Position numbers and translations under genes: made by a program | Source of the DNA: an uncultured Bacteroidota bacterium | GTDB taxonomy: Bacteria > Bacteroidota > Bacteroidia > Flavobacteriales > Flavobacteriaceae | Direction: 5' to 3' | DNA length: 64,000 nt | Assembly: GCA_902517895.1 (NCBI GenBank) | Contig: CABYEA010000002.1 | Location: 9,685-73,684, forward strand | Part shown: piece by piece, positions 57,393 through 64,000 of the stretch | How the letters are laid out: each line of letters begins with the position of its first letter | How positions within the stretch are numbered: the stretch's first letter is position 1 | Notes under the pieces: generated by a model | Database searches by the model: none | Told to the model about the DNA's origin: nothing | Seen by the model: the letters and a program-made list of their open reading frames with translations, nothing else

Positions 57393-58827
57393 AATTTTTA
57401 ACTATTTCTTTATTATCAATATACATTTCCCTTTCAAGAAAGTCAAATTTAAAATTATCATCAATATATCCAAATAATTCAGGTTTTATATCCAAAGAAA
57501 TTCTAGAGTCTATTATGCCAAATGTAAAATTAAGCATAGGTTCATTTATATTTCCAACTTGTCCCATATCAAAAGCCCTTTCTTCATATTCATAATCTGG
57601 ACTAATTCCATTATAATAGTCTGTTACACCGTTTGCATTTAAAGTTTTTAACACAAGTGGTTGTAAAGCATAGTTGTGAGATCGATTTACATTTTGATTA
57701 GAAAAATTTTCTGAGTCGTACAATGTAACAGATGCTTGATATTTACCATATGTAGTAGTTCCAATCTGGATAACATTTATGTATGGCTTTAAACAATTAA
57801 TAATTAATTCACTTGCCGATGCGGAGGATCTTGTTGTAAGAATAAAAATTCTATTTAGGTTCAAACTACTCTGAAAACTCATAAATCTGTTTATCAGATA
57901 TTCGGGATTATTATTAAGCCAATAATTTTGAATATCGTTGTTCCATTGTTCAGAATTAAAAATTTCATTTTCAAATTGCCCTGTGATGAGGCTTGCTAAT
58001 ACTATTGCAGAATTTATACTTCCCCCAGGATTATATCTAAGATCTAATATTAATTCATCTATAGAGTTAGATTTAAACTCAGAAAAAATAGTTTTCAAAT
58101 AATCATCATAATTTGATACAAATTGGTTGTACATTAAATAACCAATTTTTCCACCAGAATAATTTAAAGTAGAATAATGATGTACGGGATTTTTAATTAA
58201 AGGAACTTTTTGTAATTCAATATTAATATCATTCAACTCTAATGTATCATCAGCTATATCCTCTGTGTTATTATTAAAATAATTAGCAAAATTAACTGTA
58301 TATACTTCTTGTGATAATAAATCACTATAATTATCAATTGAAAGAGGTATATCATCAATTCTTCTAAAAATGTCACCTCTATTGATATTGGCTAAATCAG
58401 CTTCTGATCCATTGTCTACATATCTGACATAGCCAAAAATTTCATTAGTTGAATTTGGCAAATAAACAAGTCCGAAATTAAGGCCATTTGATAGACTTAC
58501 TCCACTTAAATATTGCTCTAATTCAATATAGTTATCTACAATTAAGCTGAATTTATCGATATTATCTCTTTCATAAATAAGAGATTCAAATAAATTTTCA
58601 GGTGAATTATAACTATTTAAATAGCTTGCGTATTCTTCTGAATCATTAAACCTATTATTATCTAGATCAGAAATTTCCTGTTTATACAAATATGAAGCAT
58701 TCATACCTTTCCATACAAAATCGTTTATTTCACTTGCTAATGCACCATTGTCATCATTATCTTCAAAGCAACTGGTAAAAAACAATGAAAAAAGAAACAG
58801 ATATAAAAAAAAACATCTAGAATTCAT
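57382..58827 (-). CDS. S41-family (tail-specific protease-like) peptidase lipoprotein
   Basis: 481 aa with the lipobox LFFTSC, a PDZ-like segment (GDIFRRIDDIPL), and the motifs LILDLRYNPGGS and TRSSASASE. Confidence 0.75.
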   Translation of the reverse strand: MNSRCFFLYLFLFSLFFTSCFEDNDDNGALASEINDFVWKGMNASYLYKQEISDLDNNRFNDSEEYASYLNSYNSPENLFESLIYERDNIDKFSLIVDNYIELEQYLSGVSLSNGLNFGLVYLPNSTNEIFGYVRYVDNGSEADLANINRGDIFRRIDDIPLSIDNYSDLLSQEVYTVNFANYFNNNTEDIADDTLELNDINIELQKVPLIKNPVHHYSTLNYSGGKIGYLMYNQFVSNYDDYLKTIFSEFKSNSIDELILDLRYNPGGSINSAIVLASLITGQFENEIFNSEQWNNDIQNYWLNNNPEYLINRFMSFQSSLNLNRIFILTTRSSASASELIINCLKPYINVIQIGTTTYGKYQASVTLYDSENFSNQNVNRSHNYALQPLVLKTLNANGVTDYYNGISPDYEYEERAFDMGQVGNINEPMLNFTFGIIDSRISLDIKPELFGYIDDNFKFDFLEREMYIDNKEIVKNYEK

Positions 58828-58836
58828 TTATTAAAT

Positions 58837-60186
58837 TTAGTAAATTCCTGTAAAATTTTCTGGAGTTATATTTTTTAATTCTGATTTTATATCTTCTGAA
58901 ATATCTAAAGAATCAATGAATTTTTCGATATTATTTTTATCGATTTTTGCATTTGTTCGTGTTAATTCTTTTAATGCCTCGTATGGTTTTGGGTAATTAA
59001 TCCTTCTAAGAATTGTCTGAATTGCTTCAGCTACTACTGCCCAATTGCAATTGAGATCTTCTTTGATCTTTATTTCATTGACGATTAATTTATTAATTCC
59101 CTTAATTGTTGATTTAAATGCTATCAATGTATGAGAAATTGGAACACCTATATTTCTTAAAACAGTACTGTCGGTTAAATCTCTTTGAAGTCTTGAAACA
59201 GGTAGTTTTTCAGAAAGATGCTGAAAAATACTATTAGCATATCCTAGGTTACCTTCACTATTTTCAAAATCAATAGGGTTTACTTTATGAGGCATTGCAG
59301 AGCTGCCAATTTCGCCTTTTTTAATTTTTTGCTTAAAGTAATCCATAGAAATATAGAGCCATATATCCCTGTTAAAGTCGATTAATATAGTATTAATTCT
59401 TTTCAAATTATCAAAAATTGCAGCCAAATGATCATAGTGCTCAATTTGTGTTGTTGGATATGAATGTTTCAATCCAAGTTTGTTTTCAATCAAATTCTTT
59501 GAAAATTGAAGCCAATTATGGTTTTTATATGCAATATGGTGGGCATTAAAATTTCCTGTGGCACCACCAAACTTAGCAGCAATTGGAATATTTCTTAGAA
59601 GTTTTAATTGTTCGTCAATTCGGGTTATGAAAACTTTTATTTCTTTTCCTAGTTTAGTAGGTGATGCAGGCTGTCCATGAGTTCTTGCGATCATGGTTAT
59701 GTCTTTACATTCGTTTGAAATCTTTTCTAAGGAAGACAAAAGTAATTCAATTGAATTATAATATACCTGCTCAAACATTTCTTTTAAACTCAGAGGAATA
59801 GCTGTATTATTAATATCCTGTGATGTAAGTCCAAAATGAATAAATTCAACAAATTTTGATAGATTCAATCCTTGAAATTTTTCTTTAAGGAAATATTCTA
59901 TGGCTTTTACATCGTGATTTGTTGTTTTTTCAATTTCTTTAATAATTACTGCATCATCGTTAGAAAAATCAATATATATTTTTCTCAATAATTCAAACTT
60001 TGACTGGTCAAAGTTTTGTAGTTCGGGGATATCAAATTCACATAAACTGATAAAATATTCAATTTCAATTATTATTCTATACTTCATTAAAGCTTTCTCA
60101 GAGAAAAATTTATTTAGCTCAGATGTTTTTGAAGAGTATCTTCCGTCAATAGGAGAAATTGCATTTAAACTACTGTTGTTCATCAA
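58837..60186 (-). CDS. purB: adenylosuccinate lyase
   Basis: 449 aa. It has SPIDGRY, TSQDINN, HGQPASPT and the signature GSSAMPHKVNP. Confidence 0.95.
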   Translation of the reverse strand: MMNNSSLNAISPIDGRYSSKTSELNKFFSEKALMKYRIIIEIEYFISLCEFDIPELQNFDQSKFELLRKIYIDFSNDDAVIIKEIEKTTNHDVKAIEYFLKEKFQGLNLSKFVEFIHFGLTSQDINNTAIPLSLKEMFEQVYYNSIELLLSSLEKISNECKDITMIARTHGQPASPTKLGKEIKVFITRIDEQLKLLRNIPIAAKFGGATGNFNAHHIAYKNHNWLQFSKNLIENKLGLKHSYPTTQIEHYDHLAAIFDNLKRINTILIDFNRDIWLYISMDYFKQKIKKGEIGSSAMPHKVNPIDFENSEGNLGYANSIFQHLSEKLPVSRLQRDLTDSTVLRNIGVPISHTLIAFKSTIKGINKLIVNEIKIKEDLNCNWAVVAEAIQTILRRINYPKPYEALKELTRTNAKIDKNNIEKFIDSLDISEDIKSELKNITPENFTGIY

Positions 60187-60204
60187 TCAAATGTTAAAGA
60201 TTTG

Positions 60205-60212
60205 CAAAGTTA
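60205..60212 (-). promoter_or_regulatory. -7 promoter box (TAACTTTG on the minus strand) upstream of purB
   Basis: The plus strand reads CAAAGTTA. The box lies 18 nt upstream of the ATG at 60186. Confidence 0.35.
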
Positions 60213-60230
60213 GTCAAATAATTACATTTT

Positions 60231-61043
60231 ATGGTTAATTTTACTTCCTATAAGGATAAATATATTAGGTTAATGATTAAATTAAGACACCTTCTTTCTG
60301 AGTCTTTAGTATTAATGAAAGGACATTGGCTGCAAGCCATAGCTGTTTTTTTTGTATTTAATTTGATTATTGGTTTGGTTCAAGCACTTCCTGGAATAGG
60401 GGGTTTTTTAAGTTTGCTTATTACAGGACCATTTTCTGTAGGTATAAGTTTATATTGTGTTAAAATAATCAATGATAATTTTCCAAAATTTGAAGATTTA
60501 TTATTTGGATTTCAATACAATCTAGGCAATAATATTTTAGCTTACTTTATAATTATCCCGATTGTAGCGGTAGTTGGTATAATTTTAATGATATTGTTTT
60601 TAGTAATAAATTTTGCTATTTTTTTACTAATCATCTCTATTGTTTATAGCCAATCTTATGAGGCCTTTGTTAGTACTATGGAATGGGAAGCCCTATTGAC
60701 TCCCTTCAGGTCGCTTTCTATTGACCTAGCTGCAGAATCAATAATGTTGTTGATGTTTTGTGTTTTGAGTTTTTGCTTTTCGTTTATTCTTCCTTGGATA
60801 ATTGCTTACATTCCTTTTGCTATGACCTTTTTTATAATGGCAGAAGATACTTCGATTGATGCTTGGGATGCTGTACAAAAAAGTTGGAAAATGATGAAGG
60901 GTTATAAATTTAACTTTTTTGTTCTCAATCTAATTTTATTACTCTTACTAGCTTTAACCCCTTTTACTTTATTTATTGGTCTGTTTTGGTATATCCCTTT
61001 TTCTTATGTGGTGACGGCTAATTACTATGAAAAAATCAAATAA
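60231..61043 (+). CDS. DUF975-like integral membrane protein
   Basis: 270 aa. The sequence contains GHWLQAIAVFFVFNLIIGLVQALPGIGGFLSLLITGPFSVGISLY...FEDLLFGF. Confidence 0.6.
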   Translation: MVNFTSYKDKYIRLMIKLRHLLSESLVLMKGHWLQAIAVFFVFNLIIGLVQALPGIGGFLSLLITGPFSVGISLYCVKIINDNFPKFEDLLFGFQYNLGNNILAYFIIIPIVAVVGIILMILFLVINFAIFLLIISIVYSQSYEAFVSTMEWEALLTPFRSLSIDLAAESIMLLMFCVLSFCFSFILPWIIAYIPFAMTFFIMAEDTSIDAWDAVQKSWKMMKGYKFNFFVLNLILLLLLALTPFTLFIGLFWYIPFSYVVTANYYEKIK

Positions 61044-61063
61044 ATTTTTCAGAAAATATTTAT

Positions 61064-61840
61064 TTATTTTTTGATGGTTTTATTTAGAACTTTGTATTCT
61101 TCATAACATTCACTTATTGCATCAAGAACCTGTAAATCATTAGCTTTTGAAATAAACTCATCAGAATAATTGCACTGAGTGATTAAAAAGTCAAGATCAA
61201 TCTTATCAATATTTAATAATTCAATTAGCATTTCTCTGTCAAATCTATTTGACAGAGCATTTCTGATCAGATCGTCGCTTTTCATTTTTTTTAGTTTTCT
61301 TAATTGATTGGGTTCTCTGCCAAAAATCTGATAAAGAAAATCAACTGGGTTAAAAATTGCATTTAGCGCTTTTGTTACAGCTTTTGTGGGTCTAACACTT
61401 GATTCATAGCCAACATTAGAAAGACCAGAAATACTATATCTAAAATTATTATTTATTGGAACTTGCTTAATGTCTAATTCTAAATAACCTGTTAGTTTCA
61501 TCTCGTAAACAACTACTTCTTCAAGAGCTAATGCAAGCTCAGTTAATTCTATTGTAGTGTTCGTTCCAAACTTGATCCAGTCATTCGTGACTCTGACCTT
61601 GATGGATTTATATCCTAAATATGAAAAATGTAAGGTGTCATTAACTTGAGCATTAATTTCAAATTTCCCATCCTTATTGGTGGCGGTTCCGATAACTTTA
61701 TTAAGGTTGACAATATTTACATTTTCTAATGGAAGATTTGTTTTAGAATTTAAAATTATTCCACTAACATCAGTAAACTCCTGAGCAAAAAACGGAGTTG
61801 AAATAAAAAAAAATAAAATAAATGCTACTAACTTATTCAT
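61064..61840 (-). CDS. carboxypeptidase-regulatory-like (CarboxypepD_reg) domain protein, secreted
   Basis: 258 aa with a signal peptide, followed by GIILNSKTNLPLENVNIVNLNKVIGTATNKDGKFEI...LHFSYLGYKS. Confidence 0.6.
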   Translation of the reverse strand: MNKLVAFILFFFISTPFFAQEFTDVSGIILNSKTNLPLENVNIVNLNKVIGTATNKDGKFEINAQVNDTLHFSYLGYKSIKVRVTNDWIKFGTNTTIELTELALALEEVVVYEMKLTGYLELDIKQVPINNNFRYSISGLSNVGYESSVRPTKAVTKALNAIFNPVDFLYQIFGREPNQLRKLKKMKSDDLIRNALSNRFDREMLIELLNIDKIDLDFLITQCNYSDEFISKANDLQVLDAISECYEEYKVLNKTIKK

Positions 61841-61882
61841 CAGCTAAATATATGCACTAATTAGGCCAATTTTTATTTAATA

Positions 61883-62464
61883 TTAATAAAGATTTGTTAA
61901 ATAGTCAACCAGTTTATTTATAGCCTTTGCACGATGAGCTATTAAATTTTTCTCACTTAAGCTCATTTGCCCAAAGGATATATTTCTGTTTTTTGGGATA
62001 AATACTGGATCATATCCAAAGCCTAAGTTACCCATTCTTTCATATGCAATATTTCCCTCGCAAACACCCTCAAATGTTATGATTTCACCGTTTTTTGACA
62101 ATGATATGATAGTTTTAAAGCGAGCCGCTCTATTTGTGTTATTTTCTAGCATTTCTAATAATTTATTAATGTTGTCATCAGAGCTAGCATTTGGACCTGC
62201 AAATCTTTTAGAAAATACTCCGGGCTGACCGTTTAATGCATCAACTTCAAGTCCGGTATCATCTGCAATACAATCATAACCAGTCTTAATTTTAACGAAT
62301 TCAGCTTTTGTGATTGAATTTTCAGTTATTGTATGTTTGTCTTCGATGATATCCTCGCTAAAGCCAATGTCATCAAGACCCAAAATTTCAAATGAATCTG
62401 AAATCAGATCTCTAACTTCTTTTAATTTGTTTGGATTATGTGTTGCAAAAATTAATTTATTCAT
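61883..62464 (-). CDS. rdgB: non-canonical purine NTP pyrophosphatase (RdgB/HAM1 family)
   Basis: 193 aa. It begins LIFATHNPNKLKE and also carries ADDTGLEVDALNGQPGV and GFGYDPVF. Confidence 0.9.
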   Translation of the reverse strand: MNKLIFATHNPNKLKEVRDLISDSFEILGLDDIGFSEDIIEDKHTITENSITKAEFVKIKTGYDCIADDTGLEVDALNGQPGVFSKRFAGPNASSDDNINKLLEMLENNTNRAARFKTIISLSKNGEIITFEGVCEGNIAYERMGNLGFGYDPVFIPKNRNISFGQMSLSEKNLIAHRAKAINKLVDYLTNLY

Positions 62465-62904
62465 TGATTGTGATATGGAATATTATTAATAATTGTTAAG
62501 GACCTGTAAAGTTGCTCACTAAAAAACAATCTTGCCATATCATGAGAAAATGTCAATTTTGATAATGAAATTTTTAATTTAAACTTTTCTTTTAGTTCTA
62601 TTGAAAAACCGTAAGCTCCGCCAATTACAAAAACTATATTTTTTGTTCTGTTCATCATTTTATTAGAAATAAATTTAGAAAAATCCATAGTCGAAAATTC
62701 TTTTCCATTTTCGTCCAGTAAAATTACTAAATCATCGCTTTTGATGTTTTTTAAAATAAGATCTGATTCAGATTTTTGATTTTTATTTTTTAATCCTACT
62801 GAGATGTAACTTATGAAATGATTTATTTTTTTTTCATAATCTTCAACTAATAATTCAATATTATTACTTTTATTCTTACTTATGTAAATAAGTTTAATAT
62901 TCAT
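62461..62904 (-). CDS. rlmH: 23S rRNA (pseudouridine1915-N3)-methyltransferase
   Basis: 147 aa of SPOUT type. Motifs seen: LLDENGKEFST, FVIGGAYG and LSLSKLTFSH. Confidence 0.88.
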   Translation of the reverse strand: MNIKLIYISKNKSNNIELLVEDYEKKINHFISYISVGLKNKNQKSESDLILKNIKSDDLVILLDENGKEFSTMDFSKFISNKMMNRTKNIVFVIGGAYGFSIELKEKFKLKISLSKLTFSHDMARLFFSEQLYRSLTIINNIPYHNQ

Positions 62905-62972
62905 AATCTATTTTATGAGTAAATTTATTACTTAACTCTTTCAAAAATATCATATTATAATTAAATATTTTA

Positions 62973-64000
62973 ATGGGCTATTATGTTGATGTAATATTAC
63001 CGATTCCAGTTAATCAAAAATTCACTTATTTGATAAGTAAAGAGGAGTATGAATTTTTAAAACCTGGAATGAGAGTTATAGTTCCCTTTGGAAGGTCAAA
63101 GCTATATACCTCAATTTCTGTAAAAATTCATAATTTTTTTGAAAGTGATTTTGAATTGAAATCAATAATTCAAATTATTGATAAGACCCCAATAGTAAAT
63201 TTTCATCAATTAAAGTTTTGGGACTGGGTTTCAAGGTATTACTTCACATCGGTTGGTGAGGTAATGAGAGCATCTATTCCTAGTAATTTAATTCTGCAGA
63301 GTGAAACAATTATCACTCTAAATAATCAAAATGAAGTTGATAATAACAAGTTAGATGATACCGAGTATTTAATTATTGAGGCATTAAATATTAATAAAGA
63401 ATTATCCATAAAAAATGTATCCGAAATTCTAAGCAAAAAAGATATTTTTTCTATAATAAATAAAATGAATGAAAAGGATTTGATAATAGTGGATGAAAAA
63501 ATATATTCAAAATATCGACCAAAATTCATAAAATGTGTTCGGATTTTCAAAGATTTTGACAGTAATTCTGTATTATCAATAATCAAAAATGCAAAAAATC
63601 AGATTCAGTTTTTCGAACATTACAATAAACTAAAAAATCAATTGATAGAAGACGTAAGGATTTCAGAGTTTAAAAAATTAAACTCTGGTTACTCTAGTAT
63701 TATTAAAAGGATGGTTGAAAAGGAAATATTTGAATATTATGATGTTGAAGTAAAAAGAAACATAATTGATCATGATTTTAATTTTAAACAATTCAAACTA
63801 ACGGATGTTCAAAAAACAGCTTTTGACGAAATCAAAATAAAGTTTAGTCAAAATCAAAATATTCTTTTCAAGGGGATTACATCATCTGGAAAAACTGAAA
63901 TTTATATAAGTCTAATTAATGAACTGCTGAATTCAAAAAATCAGATTTTATATCTAGTTCCAGAAATTGCTTTAACAACACAGCTTGTTGAAAGATTAAA
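62973..64000 (+). CDS. priA: primosomal protein N' (replication restart helicase PriA), 5' portion; runs off the window end
   Basis: My own translation from the ATG at 62973 is open to the window end: MGYYVDVILPIPVNQKFTYLISKEEYEFLKPGMRVIVPFGRSKLYTSIS...LTDVQKTAFDEI...LFKGITSSGKTEIYISLI (helicase motif I). It is not in the ORF track. Confidence 0.88.
   Translation, partial: MGYYVDVILPIPVNQKFTYLISKEEYEFLKPGMRVIVPFGRSKLYTSISVKIHNFFESDFELKSIIQIIDKTPIVNFHQLKFWDWVSRYYFTSVGEVMRASIPSNLILQSETIITLNNQNEVDNNKLDDTEYLIIEALNINKELSIKNVSEILSKKDIFSIINKMNEKDLIIVDEKIYSKYRPKFIKCVRIFKDFDSNSVLSIIKNAKNQIQFFEHYNKLKNQLIEDVRISEFKKLNSGYSSIIKRMVEKEIFEYYDVEVKRNIIDHDFNFKQFKLTDVQKTAFDEIKIKFSQNQNILFKGITSSGKTEIYISLINELLNSKNQILYLVPEIALTTQLVERL

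Noticed and set aside
1-64000. An alternative genetic code or recoding was considered, given the very AT-rich, reduced-looking genome.
   Set aside because: TAA, TAG and TGA all terminate well-supported genes at the expected lengths (for example TGA for lepB, TAG for pepD and rmuC). Long conserved genes such as purL, carB and relA read through without interruption in the standard code.
1-64000. I searched for mobile elements, CRISPR repeats, defence or toxin-antitoxin modules, biosynthetic clusters, and tRNA or rRNA genes.
   Set aside because: I recognised no integrase, transposase, phage or Cas-like proteins. I noticed no regularly spaced direct repeats and no tRNA-like T-arm sequences in the short spacers. 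Every ORF over 90 aa not dismissed as a shadow has a plausible housekeeping or conserved-hypothetical assignment.

Overview
This is a visibly AT-rich, very gene-dense chromosomal segment; the largest non-coding gap is about 134 nt. It looks like core genome of a streamlined member of the Bacteroidota, class Flavobacteriia. Support for that placement: a T9SS C-terminal sorting domain on a secreted M14 peptidase, TAnnTTTG-type -7 promoter boxes, no Shine-Dalgarno-like tracts before start codons, Bacteroidota-typical DUF families (DUF5683, DUF4199, DUF3810, DUF5684-LepB fusion), and the gene orders parA-parB-DUF5683-lepB-wbqC and mutL-rhomboid-rhomboid-EEP. I recognise about 62 protein genes, nearly all housekeeping. 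They cover purine and pyrimidine metabolism (purA, purB, purL, carB, ndk, udk, rdgB) and DNA maintenance and segregation (recF, mutL, rmuC, priA, parAB). They also include relA/spoT, fur, lepB, ribH, trxB, methylmalonyl-CoA mutase, mtaB, rlmH and ribosomal proteins L31 and L34. Three genes are missing from or mis-started in the ORF track: rpmH (52 aa, below the length cutoff), a 5' fragment of aroE at the left edge, and the 5' part of priA at the right edge. I saw no tRNA or rRNA genes, CRISPR arrays, transposases, integrases, phage genes or recognisable defence or toxin modules. I did not find a convincing novel multi-gene system. The findings below are modest anomalies: gene-packing architecture, unusual domain losses and fusions, a probable non-ATG start, and small regulatory motifs. 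All family assignments come from motif recognition by eye and need HMM or BLAST confirmation.
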